A stretch of 64,000 bases of DNA from an uncultured Nitrospiraceae bacterium. GTDB lineage: Bacteria; Nitrospirota; Thermodesulfovibrionia; Thermodesulfovibrionales; Dissulfurispiraceae. Under the pieces are notes generated by a model. That model was given only the letters and a program-made list of their open reading frames with translations, had not been told where the DNA came from and searched no databases. Position numbers and translations under genes: made by a program. Where the stretch lies: assembly GCA_963727805.1 (NCBI GenBank), contig CAVSHF010000005.1:800001-864000 (forward strand), read 5' to 3'. Below are positions 30,170-41,116 of this stretch, one piece after another (the stretch's first letter is position 1; every line of letters begins with the position of its first letter).

Positions 30170-31207
30170 TTACTCAATCCTTTTAACTCCCTTGAGATCA
30201 ACTGTGCGATGTGGGAAGGGGATTTCGATCCCCTCTTCCCGGAACCTTTTGACAATCCTCTTGCGCATCTCATGCTGGACTGATTGCTGAACCGAATATT
30301 CCTGAATCGGGCAAGCCAGGGTGAAGTCGAGAGAACTCTCACCAAAACCGACCAGTCGGACAGTCACTTCGCAATCTGCCAGTAATCCGTCCACATTCCC
30401 TTTCGCTTTTTCTGTCTCATCGACGAGAATCGCTTCGACTTGGTTAGGATCGGAGTCGTAACTGACACTCACGGGTAATGTAAGCATCATCTTTTTTTCA
30501 GGCAGCGAATAGTTGGTGATGACACTCCGCGAAAGCTTGTTATTCGGGATGACCACCATATTGTTCGGCAACATCTTTATCCTCGTCGTCCTCCAGGTGA
30601 TGTCCTCCACCCTACCCTCTTGTCCTGTTTCGAGCCTTATGAAATCACCTACCCGAATCGATTTTTCAACAAGTATATGGATCCCAGCAAACAGGTTGGC
30701 GAGGGTATCCTGAAGTGCCAGGGCGACCGCCAGGCCTCCCACGCCAAGGGCGGTTATTAATGGCGTAATAGAGATGCCGAGCAAAGCCAGAATAATCAGA
30801 ATCCCGATAATGTAAATCGTCCCCTTAAGCATGCCATAGGCGAGCCCTGTTGTCGGAAGAGGGAGGTCAGAATTCTGGATGTAGTCCCTGAATATCTTCC
30901 CCGCAAGATTGGCGATAGCCATGGTAACGGAGAATATCACTAACACATAGAGCCCCGCATTAAAATAAGAAACATATTTCTCAGGCAGCTCGGAGATGAT
31001 GATCCCCGCATAGAGGCCGACCGCAGTGCACCAATATATCGAAGGGATACGGACAGAATCTGTTATGATATCGCCGATCCGAGTTTCAGCCCTTCGGTCC
31101 CACTTACGCAAGAGGCCGAAGGCAATACCCCTCGCGATAACTGCGGCAACAGTCGCAGCGGCGGCTATGAAAACCGGCAGAATCAGTTTATGAACCGTTA
31201 TGTCCAT
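30170..31207 (-). CDS. mscS: Small-conductance mechanosensitive channel family protein
   Basis: LGVGGLAVALALQDTLANLFAG, GD.I, IPN, GIEIPFP. Confidence 0.92.
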   Translation of the reverse strand: MDITVHKLILPVFIAAAATVAAVIARGIAFGLLRKWDRRAETRIGDIITDSVRIPSIYWCTAVGLYAGIIISELPEKYVSYFNAGLYVLVIFSVTMAIANLAGKIFRDYIQNSDLPLPTTGLAYGMLKGTIYIIGILIILALLGISITPLITALGVGGLAVALALQDTLANLFAGIHILVEKSIRVGDFIRLETGQEGRVEDITWRTTRIKMLPNNMVVIPNNKLSRSVITNYSLPEKKMMLTLPVSVSYDSDPNQVEAILVDETEKAKGNVDGLLADCEVTVRLVGFGESSLDFTLACPIQEYSVQQSVQHEMRKRIVKRFREEGIEIPFPHRTVDLKGVKRIE

Positions 31208-31234
31208 GATGCCTCCCTATGTCGAAAATAATGG

Positions 31235-31486
31235 TCACTCTTTAGCAGGCGTCTTCGGCGCCATTTCAGCCGACACCTTCTTTGCTGAAAGTGCCTTCTT
31301 GACCGCCCGCGACGAGTAGATGATAACTGTTACCAACATTCCTGCAAGTACTGATAGAAACATGACTATCGCCAGTGAGGCCTCGAACCTCCAGAAGAGA
31401 AACGAAATCGCGACCGGGGATGCGTTCTGGACTGAAAAAAGAGCTACTAGAAATACTACAAGCAAAACTACTATCAGACTCACCAT
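31235..31486 (-). CDS. LapA/DUF1049 small membrane protein
   Basis: LFSVQN..V.I.FLFW, two TM helices. Confidence 0.8.
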   Translation of the reverse strand: MVSLIVVLLVVFLVALFSVQNASPVAISFLFWRFEASLAIVMFLSVLAGMLVTVIIYSSRAVKKALSAKKVSAEMAPKTPAKE

Positions 31487-31771
31487 TGTTACCCCTCCTG
31501 TTTTGACGGCATAGGGAACATAGTAGATTAAAAAGCTTTATATTTTACACTATCGTTCTGCACTTCATTCAGCTTCGCTTTACCGGGGTTCACACCGCCA
31601 TGCAGAGCATGCCCGACAATCCATATTTTACTCTGCCGTTGGCATAAGCTCAAGCCGTCATCCGGCTCTCGCCTCTTGCATTCATACTTCCAGATTTAGA
31701 AACGCTGATAGTATGATTGGTGGGGCTGAACGTTTGCACTGACAACATGTAATCAAGTATTATGTAAACTT

Positions 31772-31869
31772 GGGAGCGCATAGGGTTCTGGTGTCCCTCC
31801 CGGACTTCAAATCCGGTGTTGCCGGCTACAACCCGGCAGGGTGTGTTCGATTCGCACGCGCTCCCGCCA
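31772..31869 (+). tRNA. selC: tRNA-Sec (UCA)
   Basis: GGGAGCGC/GCGCTCCC 8-bp acceptor stem, anticodon arm CCGGA-CTTCAAA-TCCGG, long variable arm, GTTCGATTC T-loop, encoded GCCA end, 98 nt. Confidence 0.95.
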
Positions 31870-31942
31870 TAGACGCCTCAATATTTCCGTTGAAGGCTAT
31901 GCTATAATTTGACAGACATCAAATAGCTTATGGAGTAAAGCC

Positions 31943-32551
31943 ATGATCAATCGATACATCGTTGTGCTGCTGGCATGCAGCCTGTTCTCTCTCTTTTTGC
32001 ATACAAAGACCGACGCCATGGATGCGCAGGCATATCTCGAAAAAGGGAATGCTTACTTCAACGAGAAACAATATGATGAGGCCATCCAGAACTATGGAAA
32101 GGCTTTATCGATGAAATCGGACTTCCCCGACGCGTACTATAACCGTGGCCTCGCCTATTACAAGAGGGGCCGATACTCAGAGGCAGTCGCCGACTTTACT
32201 AAGGTCCTTGAAGTGAACCCTAACTATACCGAGGTGTATTATAACCGAGGTCTTGCCCACTACAAAAAAGGACATCATGAGAAGGCTATTGAAGACTACA
32301 CAAAGGCCATATCCCTGAACCCTAACCTTGCAGAGGTCTATCTTGATCGAGGCATCGCTTACGCATATAATAAGCAATATGAAGAGGCCATCGATGACTA
32401 CAACAAGGCGATTCTGCTAAGACCCAATTATGAGTCCGCCTATTTTAACAGGGGCGTGGCCTATACGCGTAAGGCCGCAGCTGATTTCAGGAAGGTCTGC
32501 GACATGGGGAATAAGTTGGCGTGCGATAACTTCAAGCAGATTTCTGATTGA
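31943..32551 (+). CDS. Secreted TPR repeat protein
   Basis: Signal peptide followed by AYYNRG repeats. Confidence 0.88.
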   Translation: MINRYIVVLLACSLFSLFLHTKTDAMDAQAYLEKGNAYFNEKQYDEAIQNYGKALSMKSDFPDAYYNRGLAYYKRGRYSEAVADFTKVLEVNPNYTEVYYNRGLAHYKKGHHEKAIEDYTKAISLNPNLAEVYLDRGIAYAYNKQYEEAIDDYNKAILLRPNYESAYFNRGVAYTRKAAADFRKVCDMGNKLACDNFKQISD

Positions 32552-32566
32552 AAACTTAACGGGTTT

Positions 32567-33193
32567 ATGAGCGACGAATTATTCAATCACAGCTTACCTC
32601 TGCTGTTACAGGTGCCGAAGCTCGATCGGCGCGTCAACATCTCCGTGATCGGCTGGCAAAAGGACCTTTTCCTGCTTACAAACCTGCCTTACATTAACGA
32701 AAAACCGGTGAAGCTCAAAGTCGAAGACAACTGCATTATACGGTTTTTGCGAGGTGATGATGCTTATGGTTTTCAAACATCTATCATCTCAGTACAATTC
32801 TTCCCTGCGCCTCTTATATTTTTTAAATATCCTCTTAACATCGACAAGACACCATTCCGGAAGTCGAAGAGGTTTAGGCTGAATATCGCGGCAAAACTTC
32901 TCAATCCTCAGGATGTTCACAACTACGACGTCGAAATTGCCGATATCAGCGAGACAGGATGCAGGGTTAAGGTCAATAATGGGGAAGAAGTAGCCCCACC
33001 AGCAGGCACACGTTTTTATCTCACCTTCAATATTCTCGAAAAAGGAATCGAGGCGGACTGCATTCTCCGTAATGTCCGAAGCCTGGACGATGCCCTTTTC
33101 CTCGGCATGGAATTCACCTCGATATCAAAGACAAACAGGGAAACCATCGCTGCCTTCATAGAGATGCTGTCCCGGGTTATTAGCAATCCTTAA
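32567..33193 (+). CDS. YcgR/PilZ flagellar-brake-like c-di-GMP receptor
   Basis: RKSKR (RxxxR) and DISETG (DxSxxG). Confidence 0.85.
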   Translation: MSDELFNHSLPLLLQVPKLDRRVNISVIGWQKDLFLLTNLPYINEKPVKLKVEDNCIIRFLRGDDAYGFQTSIISVQFFPAPLIFFKYPLNIDKTPFRKSKRFRLNIAAKLLNPQDVHNYDVEIADISETGCRVKVNNGEEVAPPAGTRFYLTFNILEKGIEADCILRNVRSLDDALFLGMEFTSISKTNRETIAAFIEMLSRVISNP

Positions 33194-33346
33194 CCGCCTA
33201 TCTTCTATTTTCTTTGTCATTCTTTATTTGTCTGCCTGCCATGTTAAACTATCCTGTCTGTCACTTCTCTGATAGGAATTTAGTGGGTCAGGAACATCCG
33301 TCGGAATTGAAAAGGAAATTTACCGAAATCCTTAGGAGATGAAAGC

Positions 33347-34519
33347 GTGATAAAAACAGGACTCGACTGGTTCGATAAAAGATGGCCCAGAACACTCGCC
33401 GGCTCAAAAGTGGCCCTACTCATCCACCCCGCCTCGATAAATAGCACGCTTGAACACGCATCATCCCTCTTTCTCCAGTCGCCAAAGTTCGAGGTGATGG
33501 CATTCTTCGGTCCGCAGCACGGCATTCGTGGAGAGACGCAGGATAACATGATCGAGTGGAAAGGGTTTCGGGACCGGAGGAGTGGCCTTCCTGTATACAG
33601 TCTTTACAGCGAAACCAGAAAACCGAGTGCGGCCATGCTTAAAGACATCGACGCAGTCGTCGTGGACCTGCAGGACGTTGGTGCCCGTTATTACACGTTT
33701 ATCTGGACCATGGAGCTCTGTATGCAGGCGTGTGCCGAAATGGGCAAATCGGTTGTCATCCTCGATAGGCCTAATCCACTGAGCGGATCAATTATTGACG
33801 GTACCGTTTTATCGTCGTCTTTCGCATCATTTGTCGGACTTCGCCCTCTTCCGATTCTCCACGGAATGACCTTAGCAGAAATCGCCCTCTACATCAAACA
33901 CGAATATTATCCTTCTCTTGATCTACACATTATTCCGGTAACAGGATGGATGCGGTCCCAGTGGTTTGATGCAACGGGACTTCAATGGGTATTGCCCTCT
34001 CCCAACATGCCGACCCTCGATACAGCAACTGTTTATCCTGGGATGTGCCTTCTCGAGGGGACTGTGCTAAGCGAAGGGCGCGGTACAACACGCCCATTCG
34101 AAATCTTCGGCGCACCTTTCATCGACCCTGATAGGCTAGTCGCGAGGCTTGACGAATTCAAGCTTCCCGGTGTCGTGTTCAGACCTCTCTATTTCCAGCC
34201 TACTTTCCAGAAGCACGTGGACAGGATTTGCGGAGGCGCGCAAATCCATGTTATCGATAGAAGGAGATTCAAGTCCTTCAAAACAGGCGTAGCAGTGCTC
34301 AAGGCCATCCATGATCTTCATCACAGACAGCCCCTCTGGAAATCGCCTCCTTATGAGTATGAAGCTGAGAAGATGCCGATCGACATCCTTGCAGGAAATG
34401 ACTGGTTGAGAACTTCTCTCGAACAAGGAGAAGAACTCGATCAAATGGAGGCGCGATGGAGCACGGAATGCGCCTCTTTCGGGAAGAAGGTCAGAAGTAA
34501 ATACCTTATCTATGAGTAA
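33347..34519 (+). CDS. namZ: DUF1343 exo-beta-N-acetylmuramidase (NamZ family)
   Basis: FGPQHG, DLQDVGARYYT, DRPNP, PSPNMP, SEGRGTTRPFE. Confidence 0.88.
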   Translation: MIKTGLDWFDKRWPRTLAGSKVALLIHPASINSTLEHASSLFLQSPKFEVMAFFGPQHGIRGETQDNMIEWKGFRDRRSGLPVYSLYSETRKPSAAMLKDIDAVVVDLQDVGARYYTFIWTMELCMQACAEMGKSVVILDRPNPLSGSIIDGTVLSSSFASFVGLRPLPILHGMTLAEIALYIKHEYYPSLDLHIIPVTGWMRSQWFDATGLQWVLPSPNMPTLDTATVYPGMCLLEGTVLSEGRGTTRPFEIFGAPFIDPDRLVARLDEFKLPGVVFRPLYFQPTFQKHVDRICGGAQIHVIDRRRFKSFKTGVAVLKAIHDLHHRQPLWKSPPYEYEAEKMPIDILAGNDWLRTSLEQGEELDQMEARWSTECASFGKKVRSKYLIYE

Positions 34520-36392
34520 AAGTTTTAATTGCTTTATCCTCGCCGCAGGGTACGGCGAACGTCTGCAACCTATCACTAATTATATCCCCAAGCCGCTTCT
34601 TCCCATCCTTGGGAAGCCCCTGCTCGAATCGATCATCGAGAAGATCATTGCCCTTCCCTCCGACAAAATTAGGATCGACAAAATCGGGATAAACCTTCAC
34701 CACAAGAAAGAGGCCATTCAAGAATGGACCGAAAAATCGCCCTTTAATGCCCGGATTGTCCTATTCCCTGAAAACTCAATACTCAACACCGGAGGGGCGC
34801 TGAAGAATGCGGAGTCGTTTCTGGCTGGTAGCGATTTCATCGTGCATAACGGCGATATCATCTCCGATATCGATATACTCGCTTTGGCAGAATACCACCA
34901 TTGTGAAAAAAACCTCGTGACCCTTGCGGTCCACGACTATCCGCAGTTTAATAATGTGGTAATAGACAGGGATGGGTTGCTCAAAAGAGTCGTAAAGACG
35001 AATGTACTGCGTGATGGATATAAGCGCGCAGTTGCCTTTACCGGCATTGCAGCTTACTCCGAAGAGTTCCTCAGTTTCCTTCCGAAGCACGCATCCAGCA
35101 TTATCGATGCATGGATGAAAGCTACGGCGTCCGGTCATCGCATCGGCACTTTCGATGTCACCGGATGCTCATGGAGCGACATTGGCAGTCCCTCCTCTTA
35201 TGTTTCTGCGGTTATTCTCGCACTGAGGAATGACGGAGAAGCTGCCCATATCGCCCCCTCCACTCTAGGCTGTGAAGATGTCCACCTTGATGGCAATATT
35301 GTGATAGAGAATGGCTGCACTCTAGGCAAGGGCTCTTCATTGGAGAACTGCATCGTCCTTCCCAACGGCTGTGTAGAGAAGGGGGCCACCTATTCAAACT
35401 GCATCGTCGGGCCTGATTATGTCATCCCTATCGATGAATCAGCATTCTTACTGGTGACCGACAAAGGAACACTCATTGGCACCGGAGGCTCTGACAGAAG
35501 CTATTTCAGGACACGAAACGAGAGCGGTACCGTGATTTTTATGCAATGCCGACATGAAGACCCTGACTTTTCACGCCACATAGAATATACAGCTTTTTTT
35601 AGAAAATACAGCATACCCGTACCCGAGATGTTCGGTGCAGACTTAGAAAATAGATCTGTCTATTTTGAAGATCTGGGAGACCTTTCTCTTTATACGTGGC
35701 TTAAATGCCCTCGCTGCGACAGGACGATTGAAGAAGCATATCGGCGTGTCATAGACATCCTTGTCCAGCTCCATTGCGAAGCTTCGGAGCACGTATCTGA
35801 GTGCCCTGCACTTGCAGACCGCATCTTCGATTATGCTTATCTAAGATGGGAAACTGACTACTTTACAGAAAGATTTGTTAGGGGACTTAAAAACATAGAA
35901 ATCGGCGATGCTTCCTCTCTTGCTGATGAATTTCACCGGCTCGCGCTTAGAACAGGTGCCTTCACCAAAAGAATCATCCATCGCGATTTCCAGTCGCAGA
36001 ATATCATGATGACAAAAGGGGGCATCCCGCGCATCATTGATTATCAAGGGGCTCGGATGGCACCTCCCGCCTATGATGTCGCCTCAATTCTCTGGGACCC
36101 ATACGCGCCCCTGAGAGATGATCTCAGAGGAAGGCTGCTCGTTTATTATAAAGACAGAATGACTGAAAAGGCCGGGTCATGGTTTAAAACAGAGGAGTTT
36201 ACTGAATCACTGCTTTATTGCAGGCTCCAGCGGCATATGCAGGCCCTTGGCGCCTATGGTTTTCTTTCAACATTAAAAGGCAAAACCTACTTCCTCAAGC
36301 ACGTTCCCGAAGGACTGCGGCTCTTAAAAGAAGAAACAGATATGGTGAAGGAAGAATATCCCGTTCTTCATAATCTTGTTGCGCATTTGTGA
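34512..36392 (+). CDS. Fused MurU-like nucleotidyltransferase, hexapeptide linker and AmgK-like phosphotransferase
   Basis: LAAGYGERL..PKPL, TGGAL, HNGD; then GSDRSYFR, HRDFQSQN, IDYQ, YDVAS. Confidence 0.82.
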   Translation: MSKSFNCFILAAGYGERLQPITNYIPKPLLPILGKPLLESIIEKIIALPSDKIRIDKIGINLHHKKEAIQEWTEKSPFNARIVLFPENSILNTGGALKNAESFLAGSDFIVHNGDIISDIDILALAEYHHCEKNLVTLAVHDYPQFNNVVIDRDGLLKRVVKTNVLRDGYKRAVAFTGIAAYSEEFLSFLPKHASSIIDAWMKATASGHRIGTFDVTGCSWSDIGSPSSYVSAVILALRNDGEAAHIAPSTLGCEDVHLDGNIVIENGCTLGKGSSLENCIVLPNGCVEKGATYSNCIVGPDYVIPIDESAFLLVTDKGTLIGTGGSDRSYFRTRNESGTVIFMQCRHEDPDFSRHIEYTAFFRKYSIPVPEMFGADLENRSVYFEDLGDLSLYTWLKCPRCDRTIEEAYRRVIDILVQLHCEASEHVSECPALADRIFDYAYLRWETDYFTERFVRGLKNIEIGDASSLADEFHRLALRTGAFTKRIIHRDFQSQNIMMTKGGIPRIIDYQGARMAPPAYDVASILWDPYAPLRDDLRGRLLVYYKDRMTEKAGSWFKTEEFTESLLYCRLQRHMQALGAYGFLSTLKGKTYFLKHVPEGLRLLKEETDMVKEEYPVLHNLVAHL

Positions 36393-36458
36393 TCCTTTTG
36401 TCCGATACAATTAACTTTCGATTCTATCTCTGAAGCAGACTTAGCACAAGCTTTCACT

Positions 36459-37934
36459 TCAGTTATTCGCATAGTCATTATAACTCATAAGAGTCAGGAT
36501 AGTAGAAACCCTTACCCGTTTGTCAAATAATACCTTTGGCAGAATCTTGATTATAAAATGCGATCGTTTCAGATTCGTAGAAAACAGAAATGTACACAGA
36601 CGTAAGGTAAAAAGAAGACGGTACCTGAATTTTATGGGGTCTATAATGTTCGAATGCTTCCAGAAGTTACTACCCCAGTAATAATTGAGCTTTCTGAGAA
36701 TTGCATCAAAGGAATAGACACTCCGAACGACTTTCCAGTAACCTTCAAGGAGCTCTTCCCGACTTAATAATGCCGGTTTGAACACTACATGTTTGGTATC
36801 GTACCCGCTCCAGTCCTTATGAACGATCCTGCCTTCTTCTTCGAGACGTTTAAAGAGCTTGGTGCCTGGGAATGGAGTGAGAATATTTATGACTGGCATC
36901 AAAAGATTCGTATTTTCTATGAAATTAATCAGTTCGTCAAAACTAGACTTAGTCTCGAAGTCATACCCGACTATGAAGGAACTGTGGACTAGAATTCCGT
37001 GAGACTGAATATTCTTAATCGCTGCAGCATAGTCATGCCTCAGGTTGACACCCTTATCCATGCGCGAAAGATTCTCTTTTGAAACGGACTCAAATCCTAT
37101 AAAAATCGAGCCGCAACCGCTCTCCTTCATCAAGGTCAGCGTTTCGTCATCCTCCCCAATATTGATTGAAGCCTGACATGACCAGTTTAGATTATAAGGC
37201 TTCAGCGCCTTAAAAAGCTCCCGGGCGAAATTCCTGTTAGCAATAATATTATCATCAGCAATAAAGATTGATTTCTTCTTGAAACGGGTAGGGTTGCTCT
37301 GCAAATGCAGGATCTCAGATACAACCTGATCGACCGTTTTATTCCTGATGCGTGTTCCATCAAAAGCATGCACGGAGCAAAATTCACAGTGAAAGGGGCA
37401 TCCCTTTGTCGTCTGAACGATGTCGACAAAATATTTTTCTCTGGAAAGTGCGTCCCATGCCGGAATAGGCGCTTTTGTGAGGTCTGAGTGGTCTTCTGCT
37501 TTATATATTCTCTTCAGCTCGCCCCTTTCCGCGTCTTCCAAGAGGGCATGCCACACATATTCAGCCTCGCCGATAACCACAGTATTGCAATATTGCAGGG
37601 CCTCTTCAGTGCACATTGAAGGATGAATGCCGCCCAACACGGTCTTTACCCCTCTTTCTCTAAACTGTCCCGATATCGAGTATGCTCTGTTTGCGCTCAT
37701 CGTCCTTACGCTGATGCCGGCAATATCCGCTCCCCAGTCATAATCTATCTGTTCGATGTTCTCATCAAAAACTCTGATCTGATGCCGTGAAGGTGTCAGT
37801 GAAACTAGGGTGGGGATGGCTAAATAATAGGTATAATAGTTCTTAGAAAATAGGAAGCGCGAAATAAAGTTGTGGTCGTAAAAACTCTTTTCGACTCGGT
37901 TACTGTTGAGTGGAATAATCAATGCTATCTTCAC
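36459..37934 (-). CDS. B12-binding radical SAM protein
   Basis: GGIHPS, VIGEAE, GCPFHCEFC, DDN, IGFES, TPFPGT. Confidence 0.9.
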   Translation of the reverse strand: MKIALIIPLNSNRVEKSFYDHNFISRFLFSKNYYTYYLAIPTLVSLTPSRHQIRVFDENIEQIDYDWGADIAGISVRTMSANRAYSISGQFRERGVKTVLGGIHPSMCTEEALQYCNTVVIGEAEYVWHALLEDAERGELKRIYKAEDHSDLTKAPIPAWDALSREKYFVDIVQTTKGCPFHCEFCSVHAFDGTRIRNKTVDQVVSEILHLQSNPTRFKKKSIFIADDNIIANRNFARELFKALKPYNLNWSCQASINIGEDDETLTLMKESGCGSIFIGFESVSKENLSRMDKGVNLRHDYAAAIKNIQSHGILVHSSFIVGYDFETKSSFDELINFIENTNLLMPVINILTPFPGTKLFKRLEEEGRIVHKDWSGYDTKHVVFKPALLSREELLEGYWKVVRSVYSFDAILRKLNYYWGSNFWKHSNIIDPIKFRYRLLFTLRLCTFLFSTNLKRSHFIIKILPKVLFDKRVRVSTILTLMSYNDYANN

Positions 37935-38743
37935 AGATTATTATACGCCTTCTGGAGCTATAATTACTTCCTCCCTCTGATAAGCTGAGAAGTATCTTTA
38001 GCGTAGCGACCGACGGTTTCCGGATATCATCGCGGACCGGTTACATGCGGGATTGCAGCTAATGCTGACTGGACACTGCCAGTGGCTGCAGCTTGATGCT
38101 GGCATCAAAGTAGCGTCCTTCGGCTATGAGAGTCCTAGATAGGGGGAAATGGATGGGAAGATATGATTCGACAGCAGATCACGGCTTCAAAATGAAGAAT
38201 TTTAGTGCGACAGACGAACGATAAACGGTGTTATGTTTGCCTAAAACCTGATGAGCCCGTTAGTAAGATGTTTTGGTGTTAAGAGACGGTCGTAATTGGA
38301 GACGACGCAACACAAAGTTTTTGCTGTTGGCCGATGTCTGACTAGGGAAGGGGATGCCCGTATTTTGAAGTTCTTTATAGCAATGTGATGGTGAGAGCGG
38401 TTACTGGATCTTTAGAGCAAATCAAAGTCCTTTGGCCTTTCCGCGGCTTTGTCTGCGCAACTCTTATGGCCAATCTGCTTTTAAGTTTACAATCGACAAA
38501 ATATTTAGGAATGAGTGCTTGTCATATCATATGGACTGGCACTCGAAATGGCCCTTCATGCATAATGGATAAAGGAGTCTTTTTGTGGGGAGCAGACATT
38601 TGAGATATCTGGCTCGGGGTTGCAAGGCGACATTAACAGGGCCTTGACTTGCCTCAAAATCCAGTAGAATACAGTATCCCAATCAATGAAATCTGTTTCC
38701 GCTTAACTTTCCTTGAGAGGGATGCGAGACAAAGGAGGACTGC

Positions 38744-41116
38744 ATGAAAAATGAGCTTAACAGGAAAGATCATCTTTCTGCGGTCAAAGTCGTTGGAGTT
38801 TATGCCACAGTTGCCGTTCTATGGATCTACTTTATCGATAATATATTTGACTCCATCATACTGGATAGCGCCTTCTTTGTTAACAGTTCAGTTTTAAAAA
38901 CATTACTCTTTCTCATCGTGACGTCCGCGCTCCTCTATCGACTAATTATTCAGCATTTAGAGAAATCAAAACATATAGAGGAGAAACTGCGCGTGGACTT
39001 GAATCTCATAAATATCGCGCTAAAAGGCACTACAGACGTGATTTATATAAAAGACCGGGATGGGCGTTATCGACTGTTCAATTCTGCTGCGGGACACATG
39101 ATAGGCAAAACCGCTGAGGAAGTAATCGGCAAGGACGACACCAAAATATTTCAGGATGAACAGGCCATGCGCGTCATGGAACATGATCGTCAAGTCATGG
39201 ATGCACGCTGTGCTATTACCTATGAGGAATTTATCACCACAATCGATGGTATGGACCGTACTTTTCTCTCTACCAAGGGGCCGATCTTTGATGAAAAAAG
39301 GGAACTTTGTGGGCTGTTCGTTATCTCGCGGGACATTACCAGACGCAAGCAGGCGGAGAAAATGTTAATTGACAGTGAGGAACGATATCGACGTCTCTTC
39401 GAAGTCGAGTCCGATGCTGTTTTGCTGGTGGATCGCGAGACCGAACAGATTATTGACGCGAATGAGGCTGCACTGAAACTTTATGGATACAGTAAATTTG
39501 AATTCCTGCTTCTCAAAAATACCGATGTATCAGCAGAACCGGACAAAACCAGGCAGGCGATAGCTACGCTACAAACTAGAATTCCGTTGCGCTGGCACCG
39601 TAAAAAAGATGGCACCATATTTCCAGTAGAAATAGCTGCCAGTTATTTTGAATACCAAGGACACAAGATTCATGTAGCGGCAATACGAGACATCACGGAA
39701 CACAAGGAACTGCAGAACAGATTGAACGCAATTATGCTTGAACAAAGCGTTATCCTGGAAAACGCAAGTGTTGGCATTTCCTTGGTGAAAGACAGAAAGC
39801 AAATGTGGGCAAACCGGAAACTATCAGAGATTTTCGGCTATCCCATTGCGGCCATGGAGGGCCAAAGCACTCAAATGTTTTTCGCATCTTGTGGAGACCA
39901 TGAAAAACTGGGGCAGGAGGCATATCCTACAATCGCTCAGGGTGGTGTATACAGTACTGAACTGGAGCTGAAGCGAAGCGATGGAACTATTTTTTGGGGA
40001 AAGGTGCGAGGCAAAGCAATTAATACTTCGGATCCTTTAGCCGGCAGCATTTGGATCGTCGAGGACATCACGGAACGTAAGCGGATAGAGGCCGCCCTAG
40101 TTGAGAGTGAAATAAAATATCGCGCACTCGTTGAAAGTCTGCACGAAGGTGTTTGGATGATCGACAGTGATGAGAGTACAGTGTTCGTAAATTCACGTAT
40201 GGCAGAGATGCTAGGCTATACTGTGGAAGAGATGTTTGGGAAAAACATCATCTCTTTCATTGACCGATTCAGCTGGGAAACAGCAGAGAGATATTTCCAG
40301 AGACACAAGTGGGGCATAAAGGAGCGCCGCCGTTTTGACTTACGGCGAAAGGATGGAACGATACTAAATACTTCGGTGAGCACCTCTTCCCGTATTGACA
40401 GCAACGGCAAATATGCCGGGGCGATAGTCGGCGTAATAGATACTACTGAACAGCTACAATTGGAGCAGAAGATTCAACAGATCGGCATCACTGAGCGACA
40501 GCGACTAGGGCGTGATCTGCACGATGATCTCGGACAGCATCTCACAGGGATCGCCTTTATGTCCAAAGTGTTGGCTCAAAAACTCACACTGAAATTGTCT
40601 GAAGAGGCAACCGATGCCGGGACTGTATTAACCCTCATCAATGAGGCAATAAACAAGACGAGAAGTCTGGCACGAGGGTTCTGCCCTGTGGGACCAGGAG
40701 CTGAAAACATTATTTCGGGATTGAAGGCACTAGCGACAAAGGCCGAAACCATGTATGGAATATCCTGCAGTTTGGACGTAGACAACACGATAAGGATAAG
40801 AGACAACAATAAGTCAATGCAGCTTTGTTATATCGCCAAGGAAGCGATCAATAATGCAATCAGGCACGGTAGGGCAAAGAAAATATCGATTTCCCTGACT
40901 GCGGCAGATGATAAAATCTCACTCACGATAAGCGACGATGGGGTGGGGCTCCCGAAGCAATTGAGCTTCGATAAGGGTATGGGATTGGATATAATGATGT
41001 ATAGGGCTGGAATAATGAATGCTTTGCTGAATATACATGGTGGATCATCTGGGGGTACTGTGATCAGCTGTTCATTTAAAGAAAGCGATGGGGGGGCTGG
41101 GAGCATCGATCAATGA
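38744..41116 (+). CDS. Membrane-anchored multi-PAS histidine kinase (HisKA_3 type)
   Basis: Two TM helices, four PAS domains, ERQRLGRDLHDDLGQ, EAINNAIRH, DDGVG, GMGL. Confidence 0.92.
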   Translation: MKNELNRKDHLSAVKVVGVYATVAVLWIYFIDNIFDSIILDSAFFVNSSVLKTLLFLIVTSALLYRLIIQHLEKSKHIEEKLRVDLNLINIALKGTTDVIYIKDRDGRYRLFNSAAGHMIGKTAEEVIGKDDTKIFQDEQAMRVMEHDRQVMDARCAITYEEFITTIDGMDRTFLSTKGPIFDEKRELCGLFVISRDITRRKQAEKMLIDSEERYRRLFEVESDAVLLVDRETEQIIDANEAALKLYGYSKFEFLLLKNTDVSAEPDKTRQAIATLQTRIPLRWHRKKDGTIFPVEIAASYFEYQGHKIHVAAIRDITEHKELQNRLNAIMLEQSVILENASVGISLVKDRKQMWANRKLSEIFGYPIAAMEGQSTQMFFASCGDHEKLGQEAYPTIAQGGVYSTELELKRSDGTIFWGKVRGKAINTSDPLAGSIWIVEDITERKRIEAALVESEIKYRALVESLHEGVWMIDSDESTVFVNSRMAEMLGYTVEEMFGKNIISFIDRFSWETAERYFQRHKWGIKERRRFDLRRKDGTILNTSVSTSSRIDSNGKYAGAIVGVIDTTEQLQLEQKIQQIGITERQRLGRDLHDDLGQHLTGIAFMSKVLAQKLTLKLSEEATDAGTVLTLINEAINKTRSLARGFCPVGPGAENIISGLKALATKAETMYGISCSLDVDNTIRIRDNNKSMQLCYIAKEAINNAIRHGRAKKISISLTAADDKISLTISDDGVGLPKQLSFDKGMGLDIMMYRAGIMNALLNIHGGSSGGTVISCSFKESDGGAGSIDQ

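Noticed and set aside
38385..38603. 72-aa ORF upstream of the PAS kinase
   Set aside because: No RBS or motif; likely non-coding or decayed
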